In this document: positions 20,036-28,718 of the stretch, piece by piece
Layout: every line of letters starts with the position of its first letter
Numbering within the stretch: the stretch's first letter is position 1
Virus record (IMG/VR): IMGVR_UViG_3300023084_000003
Strand: one strand, 5' to 3'
Source: a virus
Length of the DNA stretch: 64,000 bases
Translations under genes and position numbers: made by a program
Notes under the pieces: generated by a model
Database searches by the model: none
What the model saw: the letters and a program-made list of their open reading frames with translations, nothing else
Told to the model about the DNA's origin: nothing

Positions 20036-20205
20036 TGCTGAGTCATATTAGCCTCAAGGACTATTACAGAATTAATTTCTCGATGGCTCAGCACCATAAA
20101 TACTCTATAAGTGATATTGAAAATTTGATACCATACGAAAGAGATTTGTATTTTAGTATGCTGATTAGTCATATTCAAGAACAACAACAGGCACAGCAAG
20201 GTTAA
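20023..20205 (+). CDS. gp51: Baseplate hub assembly catalyst gp51, in the -1 frame of gp26
   Basis: Not in the ORF track. The frame reads FFLVLSHISLKDYYRINFSMAQHHKYSISDIENLIPYERDLYFSML, matching the gp51 pattern of marine T4-like phages; start ambiguous (frameshift, GTG 20035 or ATG 20083). Confidence 0.8.
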   Translation, partial: FFFLVLSHISLKDYYRINFSMAQHHKYSISDIENLIPYERDLYFSMLISHIQEQQQAQQG

Positions 20206-20209
20206 TTAA

Positions 20210-22270
20210 ATGGCAGTATCAGAAGAAACACAAGCTATCATAGATAGACTTAAAGCAGAAGGTGATTTAATTCGCAATAGCGGAACTAATTCTCTGCGCA
20301 CGATGACTATCAAATTAGATAAGTTTGAAGGTTTGTTTACAAGTATTAATAGACAACTTGTTGCTCAGACCGATCTTTTGAGAGCTCAGGCCGGATTAGC
20401 AGCTCAAGCCCGTAGAAACGAAGAAACAAGAAGACAATACGAAGAACTTACTCCTCCAACAGTAGAAAACGATTCGTCACCGGCTACCTCAGGCCCAGGA
20501 CGAAGTGGAACTGAAAGAAGAATAGACGACGTAGCTAGAAAGCTTTCATCTGCTTTGAGTCTTAAGAATCTAGCAGTAGGCGCTGCTGGAATGTTTGTCG
20601 GATATAATTTCCTTAAAGGTTTCATTAATCAAAAGTATGATGGAGCTTGGGACAAGATGGAAACCGGGATTGGTAGCCTCGGTAGAAGTCTTGCTAATAT
20701 TGACACAACAAAACTAACTGAAAATATTACAAACTTTGTTGATTCTCTACCCAAGCTTACAAATATGATTAATGACATTACTAAAGCATTTCAAGACTTT
20801 AAAACAAAATGGGAAGAATATGGATGGACAGATCTGATCAGTGGCATATGGAATGCTTTAAGCAACGTTACTCTTACCATACTTGGACTGAAAGCAACCA
20901 TAGCTGGTTTTAGAGCCTCTACTGCAATTGCCAATTGGAGAGCTTCTAGAAATGCTATAAAATTGTCAGGTGGTGATCCAACAAAAGTTCCAAAGCCAGA
21001 TTTACCAGTTGCGTCATCAAAAACACCAATTGGTGTGTCAAAAGATGGCAGACCAATCTATGACGATCCTTTAAAACCGGGAAGATATCTAGACGAAACT
21101 GGTAAAATAATTCCTGATTCTAAATTACCAGACGGAATGTCTAGTAATCCAAGCGGTAAGGTTACTACAAATCTTGGAAACATTGATCTGAGTGGAAGAA
21201 ACTTCGTAGTAAAAGATGGAGAATTCTATTCTAGATCTAAACCTGATACTCCACTTAGAGGTGCGGCAAGAGACGCTGCACAACGAGCATTGAGTGCTGA
21301 CATTATTGGTGGCAGAGTCCATATACCTGGCATTAGTACATCACCTCCTATAAGAGCAACTATTTCTGATATTGGAAAGCAAGCTGGGCAAAAGCTGAGA
21401 CCTAAAATTGTTTCTCTTGCCAAAGATAAAGTTTGGAAAGTTTTCGGAACCGCTCTTCCAATTATTGGCATGGGCGTTGGAGCTTGGCTTGCTCTTAATA
21501 ACTTATTTAAAGGAGATTATACATCTGCGGCAGCCAACGGCGTATCCTTGTTTTTGCCTACAATATCTGGTACCGCTGTAGATATTGGAAGTGTTGCTAC
21601 AGAAATTTTCTTTGAAATGTCTGAAGAAGCCTTTGGAGAAAAGACTACCTTTAATCCTGCTAATGAAGCTCACGTAGACTTCATGGTGATTATTGGACAA
21701 GAAGTAGAAAAAGCAATTGAACAATATCAAAAAGAGCAATCAGACAAAAAAAGAAGAGAATTTGACGCTTTACCAGCAGATGAAAGAGCTCGCATTTTGG
21801 GACAACAAGAAAGCAAATTAGGTGAATACTATCGCGGGCAAGATCCGAACTATAGTGTTCTAGAAGATATGTACGCTGTTCCAAACTTTAGAGGACAAAC
21901 AAGAGATAACTACACCGGTCCTTCGTCTTTCTATGGATATGGAACAGGCCCAAACTCTAATACGCAATATCGTTACACACCAAATTTTGGATCTGACGGT
22001 AAGTTTAGATATTTTGATAGAGAAGAACTCGGAACCATCCAAAAAATGTCTTTTAATGGAGGAAGATTTAACAACAGTATGATTGGTCTAGCATCATACG
22101 GAGGAGTTGGCGGTGCTCCTGTTGTAATTAATGCACCTCAAATAAGTGCGCCTGTTGTGAATAATGTAGAAGGTGGGAAGTCGGCCAACTATATTCAGAT
22201 GGCCTCCTTCGGTGGTGGCGGGGGCGGCTTTGGAAGCGACGACCCCTACAACCTATCATTTATTTCGTAG
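20210..22270 (+). CDS. Tape measure / gp29-like hub protein
   Basis: Long helical Ala/Gly-rich protein directly after gp26/gp51; ends APVVINAP..VVNN as in T4-like gp29 homologues. Confidence 0.65.
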   Translation: MAVSEETQAIIDRLKAEGDLIRNSGTNSLRTMTIKLDKFEGLFTSINRQLVAQTDLLRAQAGLAAQARRNEETRRQYEELTPPTVENDSSPATSGPGRSGTERRIDDVARKLSSALSLKNLAVGAAGMFVGYNFLKGFINQKYDGAWDKMETGIGSLGRSLANIDTTKLTENITNFVDSLPKLTNMINDITKAFQDFKTKWEEYGWTDLISGIWNALSNVTLTILGLKATIAGFRASTAIANWRASRNAIKLSGGDPTKVPKPDLPVASSKTPIGVSKDGRPIYDDPLKPGRYLDETGKIIPDSKLPDGMSSNPSGKVTTNLGNIDLSGRNFVVKDGEFYSRSKPDTPLRGAARDAAQRALSADIIGGRVHIPGISTSPPIRATISDIGKQAGQKLRPKIVSLAKDKVWKVFGTALPIIGMGVGAWLALNNLFKGDYTSAAANGVSLFLPTISGTAVDIGSVATEIFFEMSEEAFGEKTTFNPANEAHVDFMVIIGQEVEKAIEQYQKEQSDKKRREFDALPADERARILGQQESKLGEYYRGQDPNYSVLEDMYAVPNFRGQTRDNYTGPSSFYGYGTGPNSNTQYRYTPNFGSDGKFRYFDREELGTIQKMSFNGGRFNNSMIGLASYGGVGGAPVVINAPQISAPVVNNVEGGKSANYIQMASFGGGGGGFGSDDPYNLSFIS

Positions 22271-22493
22271 AATCACCTTTGTCAGAAACGAAGGAATACA
22301 TTTCTTTCGCTTTAGACATAAGCTCTTCTACAGAATACATTTCGATGTGCTTTTGAAATTCTTCCATCTGCATCTTACCTGCATCCATCATTTTTTCAGC
22401 AAATGACACGTTCATGTGATACTGCTGATCCATATAATCTTTTGCAAGTGTTAGCATTTCTGAACGAATTTCAAATGGGTTTTTATTAGCCAT
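22260..22493 (-). CDS. Conserved small phage protein
   Basis: MANKNPFEIRSEMLTLAKDY..KAKEMYSFV; AGGAGA Shine-Dalgarno before ATG 22493. Confidence 0.65.
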   Translation of the reverse strand: MANKNPFEIRSEMLTLAKDYMDQQYHMNVSFAEKMMDAGKMQMEEFQKHIEMYSVEELMSKAKEMYSFVSDKGDSTK

Positions 22494-22590
22494 AACTGTC
22501 TCCTTTGTGTATGTATGTGTTAGCCAATTTGGGTGAATATCATAATAACCTGGATTACATATATTCATTTTGTTTTCCTTTTAAAGAAAT

Positions 22591-22612
22591 GGGGAGCTAA
22601 CCGTGGCTCCCC
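22591..22612 (-). terminator. Intrinsic terminator after hsp20
   Basis: GGGGAGC-8nt-GCTCCCC stem followed by ATTTCTTT on the minus strand. Confidence 0.7.
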
Positions 22613-22629
22613 GCGGATTCGTTACGGAA

Positions 22630-23073
22630 TCACCCGTTTAGAAGTTCTGGAGCTCGGCCGATTTCAATCTTACGAGGCTTCTTCTCTTCCGGAATCACAT
22701 TCTCCAATTTAACTGTCAAAATGCCATCTGCGAAATGTGCACCACGTACGACAATTGTATCTGAGAGTGTAAAGCTACGACGGAAGTGACGCGCTGAGAT
22801 ACCTTTATGTAGGTATGTACGTTCTTCTTCGTCGTCGTTTTTTGTCCCTTCAATATATAGAACACCGTCTTTTAGTTCGATGTCTAGTTCATCTTCGCCA
22901 AAGCCCGCGACCGCCAATTCAATGGCATAGTTATCGTCGTCGATCTTTGCGATATTATATGGGGGATAATTAGTTTGACCCGGTGTTTGTTCTCTCATTC
23001 TTTCGATCATGCGATCAAAACCGATGAAAAGTGGGTCATTGAGCATATCTGCTCTAAAGCTACGTGTATTCAT
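22630..23073 (-). CDS. hsp20: Small heat-shock protein Hsp20/IbpA
   Basis: NYPPYNI..AIELAVAGF..YLHKGISARHFRRSF..GILTVKL; AAGGAG Shine-Dalgarno before ATG 23073. Confidence 0.95.
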   Translation of the reverse strand: MNTRSFRADMLNDPLFIGFDRMIERMREQTPGQTNYPPYNIAKIDDDNYAIELAVAGFGEDELDIELKDGVLYIEGTKNDDEEERTYLHKGISARHFRRSFTLSDTIVVRGAHFADGILTVKLENVIPEEKKPRKIEIGRAPELLNG

Positions 23074-23133
23074 TGCTATCTCCTTTATTAAGCAAGATTT
23101 ATAATAAGGGAACCCATTAGGCATTCCCTATAT

Positions 23134-23164
23134 TATTTATATCACATTATTTAGGAGATGTCAA
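23134..23164 (-). promoter_or_regulatory. Overlapping early (TTGACA-17-TATAAA) and late (TATAAATA) promoter for hsp20
   Basis: TTGACA at 23159-23164 and TATAAATA at 23134-23141 on the minus strand. Confidence 0.65.
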
Positions 23165-23525
23165 CTTTTTTTTCAAGAATTGCGTGTGCAATAATGTCCC
23201 CGTTCTTAAGGGCAACTAAACTGTCACATGTATTCTTGACTATCAATTTAATTTCAGAAGTCTCTTCTACAATCTGAACACACGAAGCGAGAACAAGCGA
23301 TTTCTTAAGTGCCCAATCCTCTTTAATATAAATCTTTGCAATGTATCCTTCCGGCACTTCAAGAGTCTGCCCTGTTGGAATAATTGCTCTTACATCTGGA
23401 ATCAACTGTAATGCATCCGCATCTGGACCGAATCCTTTTACATGCATTTTTTGTAGTTTATTCCAATTATTATAAGTATCAACAAAGTCTCCATGCTTTA
23501 AGGAGACGGCAATATCAATCATCAT
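23151..23525 (-). CDS. Degenerate dUTPase-fold protein
   Basis: RAIIPTG..VPEGY..ALKKSLVL..IVKN..LKNGDIIAH follows the trimeric dUTPase pattern, but the RSG and DxDYRG motifs are lost. Confidence 0.55.
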   Translation of the reverse strand: MMIDIAVSLKHGDFVDTYNNWNKLQKMHVKGFGPDADALQLIPDVRAIIPTGQTLEVPEGYIAKIYIKEDWALKKSLVLASCVQIVEETSEIKLIVKNTCDSLVALKNGDIIAHAILEKKVDIS

Positions 23526-23923
23526 TTTTTTCCTATATTGTACTTAGCCTCTAAGTTCCATTCATTTTTCTCTTTATGAGATAGAATCTTAATTTGATTA
23601 AGCTGAGCAACTGGATCTTGAGCTTTCTCCGTATTTACAACTGAGATGAGATCCCATTCCTCAAGCAAATTTACGATAGTATTTCTTCTAGCCTTATCTT
23701 CTTCTGAGAAGGTGTCTTTCTTTCCGTCTAGGATAAACAACTCTTTAAAATGTAGAATTGCATAACGACCTTGTTTGTGAAGAATATGGCAAGTTTGATA
23801 TAAAGTCTTATCTTTACGAGATGAAATACCGATTCGTGTTAGTGTTTCTTTGACTTTTAAAAAGCTATCTGGCGAGGGAAGAGAGATCTCAATTCCCACC
23901 CCTTTAAAAATATCTTCTTGCAT
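23522..23923 (-). CDS. regA: Translational repressor RegA
   Basis: FLKVKETLTRIGISSRKDKTLYQTCHILHKQGRYAILHFKELF; likely start MQEDIF. Confidence 0.95.
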   Translation of the reverse strand: MQEDIFKGVGIEISLPSPDSFLKVKETLTRIGISSRKDKTLYQTCHILHKQGRYAILHFKELFILDGKKDTFSEEDKARRNTIVNLLEEWDLISVVNTEKAQDPVAQLNQIKILSHKEKNEWNLEAKYNIGKK

Positions 23924-23996
23924 AACCACAGCATCCTTATTATTATTGTTATTATCACGATGCTCACCATGACCATCCAAACAATATTTATATTTT

Positions 23997-24407
23997 TCAC
24001 ACTCCCCCTGTGACAAGTTTGCTATGTACATATTTCATATCTTCTTTACTCAAAGCTTTCTGGTACATCTTGGCTACGGTACGGTTACACTGATAGACCT
24101 GCTGGATTGCATCTAAGTCTGCATCTTTATCGGCCTTTGGCCACTTTGAGAAACGTTTACGCTTGCGTAGTGCTCCACGATAATATTGAAACTGAGCGGC
24201 ATGGAACATATGAGCTCGTTGATTCATTTCATTCGCATGTAAGATAGTATCCTCGAAGTTTGCGAAACCACGATTTACCATATAAGGAATGTACTGCTTT
24301 TCAATCAGTTCTGGATTTTCGTTATTGTTAATCAGATCTTCCTTCGAGAAAGAAGCTGCTGTCATAAAATCAAATGGGTTATAGTCCTTCGCCACGAGCT
24401 TCCTCAA
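23997..24407 (-). CDS. gp62: Clamp loader small subunit gp62
   Basis: NPFDF..KQYIPYMVNRGF..DTILHANEMN..RKRKRFSKW. Confidence 0.9.
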   Translation of the reverse strand: MRKLVAKDYNPFDFMTAASFSKEDLINNNENPELIEKQYIPYMVNRGFANFEDTILHANEMNQRAHMFHAAQFQYYRGALRKRKRFSKWPKADKDADLDAIQQVYQCNRTVAKMYQKALSKEDMKYVHSKLVTGGV

Positions 24408-24576
24408 TCTTTTTCAAAATATCATTTAAATCATCTGCACAAGTGGGGCAGGCTTTTAATTCAAGAGGCCCTTCACTTGTATCTAATTTTATACTAAACA
24501 AGTCAGCTTTGTCAACTGTTTTTTCACAATAAAAGCAAGTATGCTTTTTAATAAGACGTTTCATCCATTCGCTCAT
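24379..24576 (-). CDS. Small Zn-finger protein
   Basis: CFYC...CPTC pairs. Confidence 0.55.
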   Translation of the reverse strand: MSEWMKRLIKKHTCFYCEKTVDKADLFSIKLDTSEGPLELKACPTCADDLNDILKKIEEARGEGL

Positions 24577-24801
24577 TTACCACTCCGGCGCTGAATAATC
24601 TTTGTGCAATTTATATGAAGCTATTCCATCTAATCCATAAGATGGGCAAACGTGAATGTATTCAGGCAAACCTAAATCGTCTTTCTCACCCGCTTCACCA
24701 CAAATGAAGTATGCACCAGTTTTTTCAGGTGAGCTATGCTTCCAAATTTTTAAGAGCTTTTGGTAAAGCTGATATTCATTATCACTAATTTCAACCATCA
24801 T
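24577..24801 (-). CDS. Hypothetical protein
   Basis: Likely start MMVEISD overlapping the upstream stop; ends YSAPEW. Confidence 0.5.
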   Translation of the reverse strand: MMVEISDNEYQLYQKLLKIWKHSSPEKTGAYFICGEAGEKDDLGLPEYIHVCPSYGLDGIASYKLHKDYSAPEW

Positions 24802-24979
24802 CTTCTTCCCAATATCTAACATAAAAGTATTTGCCGCAGTTGTCAATCTCTTTCTGCGGATAACCTTCGCTCAACAGCCAAGGAAGGATACTTTCATCTT
24901 CGCCTAAGTCTGCGGGTAAAGGTTTAGGAAAACCATACTTCCAACCGCTGGGCGGATCGCACATCATCACTTTAGCCAT
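24791..24979 (-). CDS. Conserved small phage protein
   Basis: CDPPSGWKYGFPKPLP..WLLSEGYP pattern; tight operon packing. Confidence 0.6.
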   Translation of the reverse strand: MAKVMMCDPPSGWKYGFPKPLPADLGEDESILPWLLSEGYPQKEIDNCGKYFYVRYWEEDDG

Positions 24980-24980
24980 T

Positions 24981-25202
24981 TCATACTACAATATCAACGA
25001 ATTGTCCCTGTGGTTTCTCATCAATCACTCGACCAGCATGGTCGTAACGGGTCCATTGAACGGTTTCAACCCATGTCACTCCAGTCGGTGTTTCAAGATG
25101 TTTCGTTTGTGTTACCTTAACACCATGAACAGTAGTATTAGTGGTGTAGTAATTACTTGTTGTAATCTGTGGCATGATGCCATATACTTCTACGTTATTC
25201 AT
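24981..25202 (-). CDS. Hypothetical protein
   Basis: ORF coupled to the gp44 stop codon. Confidence 0.5.
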   Translation of the reverse strand: MNNVEVYGIMPQITTSNYYTTNTTVHGVKVTQTKHLETPTGVTWVETVQWTRYDHAGRVIDEKPQGQFVDIVV

Positions 25203-26152
25203 TTAAAGGATGTCTCCATCATGATTTCAGTGAGGCATGCAACCATATTTATCTCAAGATCAGCGACAAAGTTTGCTTTGTACATATAGTCTGCAAGAGT
25301 TACGATAAAGCCTGGCTGAGATCTGAGTTCGACCTTATCATTGGCCATATCATAGATACGACGGAACATCTCGTTCATATCTTGATCTGAGTTCTTTGCA
25401 ACCCACTTACGCATGTTTGTGAAGTCTTTACTCTTTAGAAGTTTAAAGAGTTCATCAAGGGATTCTTGTTTGAGATTAACAAAGATACCTTCATCAATAG
25501 CGCCAGAAGCGGAGTAAGATTGCAACTCTGTAAGTACACGTCGAAAATCAGGGAAGTGTTTTTGGATTACTTTTGCAACAACTGCTTTATCATACGCAAC
25601 GTTTTCTTGTTCAAGAATAGCTTCAACACGGCGTAGGAATTGCATCGCGAGCTTTGGCCGATCGGATTGCTCGATGGTAAAGTCAACCTCTGACAAACGA
25701 GAACGAAGTGGAGAGATTATACGATTTTTAAAGTTACAAGTAAAGATGAACCCGCAATTGCTTGAATATTCTTCAATAAAGTTGCGTAGCGCGGGTTGAA
25801 CATTTGCTGCGTTGAGATAGTCCGCCTCGTCAAAGATGACGTATTTTCTACCACCTGTGAAGGAAACCGCTGAGGCAAACGTGGAGATGTCATATCGGAG
25901 GGTATCGATATTGACGTTAAGTGAGCCGTTTTTAATAATATAATCGCAGCCAAGTTCATCGAGCATAGCTTTTGCGATTGTAGTTTTGCCAACACCTGGA
26001 CCGCCAGTGAGTAGTAAGTTAGGAATAGATTCATCTGCTACAAATTTTTTGAAAGCAGATTTAGTTTTGTCTGGTAGAATTGTGTCGCCAATTACCATTG
26101 GCCTGTACTTCTCTACCCAAAGTACTTCATTTGCTTTTGCATCAATAGACAT
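25199..26152 (-). CDS. gp44: Clamp loader large subunit gp44 (AAA+)
   Basis: LWVEKYRP, Walker A GGPGVGKTT, Walker B DEAD, SRL sensor. Confidence 0.96.
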   Translation of the reverse strand: MSIDAKANEVLWVEKYRPMVIGDTILPDKTKSAFKKFVADESIPNLLLTGGPGVGKTTIAKAMLDELGCDYIIKNGSLNVNIDTLRYDISTFASAVSFTGGRKYVIFDEADYLNAANVQPALRNFIEEYSSNCGFIFTCNFKNRIISPLRSRLSEVDFTIEQSDRPKLAMQFLRRVEAILEQENVAYDKAVVAKVIQKHFPDFRRVLTELQSYSASGAIDEGIFVNLKQESLDELFKLLKSKDFTNMRKWVAKNSDQDMNEMFRRIYDMANDKVELRSQPGFIVTLADYMYKANFVADLEINMVACLTEIMMETSFK

Positions 26153-26171
26153 TCAATCACCATCATCATAT

Positions 26172-26203
26172 AAAAAGAAATGAGGGGGCCGAAGCCCCAC
26201 TCA
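26172..26203 (-). terminator. Intrinsic terminator with UUCG tetraloop
   Basis: GGGGC-TTCG-GCCCC followed by TTTCTTTTT on the minus strand. Confidence 0.8.
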
Positions 26204-26491
26204 TTATTGTACCACTTTGTCAGCGAGTGGTGCGTCCTCAGGTACATCCGGAGCTGGAGCATCGGCTGCCGGCATGTTACCATCGGGAGCTCCTTGCGGA
26301 GCATTCTGTTGTAGGAACATTTCGATTTTGTTACGAAGCATTCCAATAATTGCCATCTCGTTGCCGGCTACTGCGCCGCGGCGAGACGCAACGTCTACGA
26401 ACTGTACAACAGTTGCTAGATCCTGAAGAGAAAGTTGGATCGGTTGAGGTGCTTGTCCCTCGGGTGCTTGAGCTGCTTGAGCTTCATTCAT
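26204..26491 (-). CDS. Hypothetical Q/P/A-rich protein
   Basis: ORF between gp45 and the terminator; LSLQDL..VDVASRRGA core. Confidence 0.55.
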   Translation of the reverse strand: MNEAQAAQAPEGQAPQPIQLSLQDLATVVQFVDVASRRGAVAGNEMAIIGMLRNKIEMFLQQNAPQGAPDGNMPAADAPAPDVPEDAPLADKVVQ

Positions 26492-26497
26492 AATTTG

Positions 26498-27160
26498 TTA
26501 TCCTTTCTGATAAGTCGACTTAGTATCAATTGCCACGAAGTACGTGACGTCCGTACCCTTGAACTCAGAGATTCCCTTTGCGCAAAGAGAAACTTTGTAA
26601 TCCTGAGGCAAGAGCTTAAGATTATCGGTTTTAATGATAATCTTAAATTCATCAGATGTAGTGCCGATTTCAACACCATAATCATCAGAATTTTGATTGT
26701 TGCTATCAATAGCTTTCAACCAGATTTTCCCTTCGGTCCCTACAAAGGCTACCTCAGAGAATTGTAACACACCTGCAGCCTTAAGAACAGACTGTAGGTC
26801 TTCCCAAGAAACATCAACAACTACATCCAGAGATGGCAGTTGAATCTCTTTTTCGGGAGCTGCATGAATCATTGATATGTCAGCGTAAACATATTTCGTC
26901 TTACGACGACCATCGTTGATCATAAAGTATTTATCATGAAACTCTACGTCGGGATCCTTGTAAAGTGATAAAATTGACAAAAATCTTGACAAATCATAGA
27001 TACATGCTTGAGATGGAATCTGATCTGGAATAGTTGCAGACGCAACCAATGTCTTTTCTGGTGTTACTGTTTTAAGTACACCGCCGGGTTTCATAAGAAT
27101 CGACTTGTTGATAGTCGAAAAACTCTTAAGAATGGTAAGAGTACGTTCACTAAACTTCAT
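26498..27160 (-). CDS. gp45: Sliding clamp gp45
   Basis: MKFSERTLTILKSFSTINKSI..IYDLSRFLSILSL..ENLKLLP-like DNLKLLPQDYKV. Confidence 0.95.
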   Translation of the reverse strand: MKFSERTLTILKSFSTINKSILMKPGGVLKTVTPEKTLVASATIPDQIPSQACIYDLSRFLSILSLYKDPDVEFHDKYFMINDGRRKTKYVYADISMIHAAPEKEIQLPSLDVVVDVSWEDLQSVLKAAGVLQFSEVAFVGTEGKIWLKAIDSNNQNSDDYGVEIGTTSDEFKIIIKTDNLKLLPQDYKVSLCAKGISEFKGTDVTYFVAIDTKSTYQKG

Positions 27161-27186
27161 TATATAAGCTCCTTACAAATTTCACA

Positions 27187-28086
27187 TTATGTATTAATTT
27201 TACTACGTTTTTTGGATTTTGTCAACTGTTTTTTATTGGCATAAGTTTTACGATTGCTTTTACTGTCTGCGGTGGCTGACACACCGAGAGAACCAATAGC
27301 AGCCATATTACCTTTAAAGATATAAGTGCCAATGTGATTGAGGTGCATCCAAGGGCACATAATCACTTTCATACCGATGTCACGGGCTTTCCTACAGAAG
27401 AAGTAATCCTCTGATAGATAACGACGCGATTCCGGATCAATTACACAGTCAAAGAACGCTGTGATATCTCGCGAACCATCAAACTTGTCCGTACGAACAT
27501 GATCTGGTTTGTACTGAAGTTCAGGATAGGCATCGCGATATTTCTCAAGTGTTTCTCGTGGAATACACATAAAGCCTGTACCACCCTCACCAATCTCAAG
27601 TGGTTCACCAACATTAAATGTATCTAATTTCTTAACAGGATTAAATACATAGTCTGCTGTATAGTTATCAAGCTCGAATGGATTTTCGTCACCTTTACCA
27701 AGCTCTGCAGCCTTAGCAACCTTTTCCCACGCGATTGTTTTCTTAGGATAAGGTCCTACAACAATATTATGATTCTCGGTGTCTGCTAGATTTACAGCAA
27801 TTAATCCTAGAACATCTTTAGCATTAAATGCGATGTCTGAATCGATGAATACAAGGTGAGTACAATCAGATCTGAGGAACTCATCTACAACATAATTACG
27901 TGCCCTCTGGATAAGGCTCTCGTTAAAGAGATAATAAAAACGGATAGGAATACCATTTGCTGCACACATCATAGCCAGGTCGTTACAGGACTTAGCATAT
28001 GAGCCTGAGCAGTTACCACCGTACATCGGAGTACCGATAAAGAGCTTCTGCTCTTTGAGTTTGTCTAAAGAGATTTCAATTTTCAT
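27187..28086 (-). CDS. GT-A-fold glycosyltransferase-like protein
   Basis: IGTPMYGG..NESLIQRARN..THLVFIDSDIAF (DxD)..GTGFM..YLSEDYFFC. Confidence 0.7.
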   Translation of the reverse strand: MKIEISLDKLKEQKLFIGTPMYGGNCSGSYAKSCNDLAMMCAANGIPIRFYYLFNESLIQRARNYVVDEFLRSDCTHLVFIDSDIAFNAKDVLGLIAVNLADTENHNIVVGPYPKKTIAWEKVAKAAELGKGDENPFELDNYTADYVFNPVKKLDTFNVGEPLEIGEGGTGFMCIPRETLEKYRDAYPELQYKPDHVRTDKFDGSRDITAFFDCVIDPESRRYLSEDYFFCRKARDIGMKVIMCPWMHLNHIGTYIFKGNMAAIGSLGVSATADSKSNRKTYANKKQLTKSKKRSKINT

Positions 28087-28718
28087 ATTTCTACTTGCTC
28101 CATATCATTTTCTGCTCTATGAATAGCCTGAATCCGAAGGATGTCTGCTGCGACATCATGTCTGCTATCATGAGCACTAAATACTTTTTCCCATTGCTCA
28201 GTATCTGCAACGGGCACGAATCCATTCTTTGTTGTAAAGTTAAACTTCGCATCAATAAATGTACGAGTATCACGTATACGCCAGTAAGGAATGTACTCGT
28301 TTAGAAACTTGTCCTTGCCTACGGCCATTGCCATATGATCTAGAATAACTGGGTCAAAACCGTTTGAACGGCTCCACCAGTAATCAACTTTATCTTGAGT
28401 ACGAAGATATCCGATCATCTGCTCAATAAACTGTGGTAGCTTAAGATCATCTGGCTTTGGTTTTAAAAGCTTACGAACTTCTGGTGCTTGCTGTAGCCAC
28501 CAATCAAGATCTGACTTTTGATATTCAAAGTCATAGTTCTTTATTTGATCTTGCAAATCAAGTTTTGCTTTTTGAATGATACCTAAAAGTTCTTGAAAAG
28601 AATAAGGCTCATCAAGAAAGCGATCCCATACAAATGTTGCATAAGAACACTCAATGCCAGGCGCCTTACGAGCACACTGGCCAATTGTTTCAAAGTCTAG
28701 GATAAAGTCAGTTCTCAT
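28083..28718 (-). CDS. DEDDh 3'-5' exonuclease (DexA-like)
   Basis: ILDFET..WSRSNGFD..IRDTRT..HDSRHD. Confidence 0.8.
   Translation of the reverse strand: MRTDFILDFETIGQCARKAPGIECSYATFVWDRFLDEPYSFQELLGIIQKAKLDLQDQIKNYDFEYQKSDLDWWLQQAPEVRKLLKPKPDDLKLPQFIEQMIGYLRTQDKVDYWWSRSNGFDPVILDHMAMAVGKDKFLNEYIPYWRIRDTRTFIDAKFNFTTKNGFVPVADTEQWEKVFSAHDSRHDVAADILRIQAIHRAENDMEQVEI

Noticed and set aside
2005-22406. Many 60-105 aa ORFs nested in or antisense to baseplate genes
   Set aside because: Fully overlapped by well-supported genes, with no motifs or ribosome-binding sites; expected alternative-frame noise
23074-23124. 17-aa N-terminal extension of Hsp20
   Set aside because: The upstream ATG lies inside the leader hairpin; the AAGGAG site supports ATG 23073
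23924-24031. N-terminal extension of RegA with a poly-Asn run
   Set aside because: It overlaps the gp62 3' end; a Shine-Dalgarno and family homology support the start at 23923
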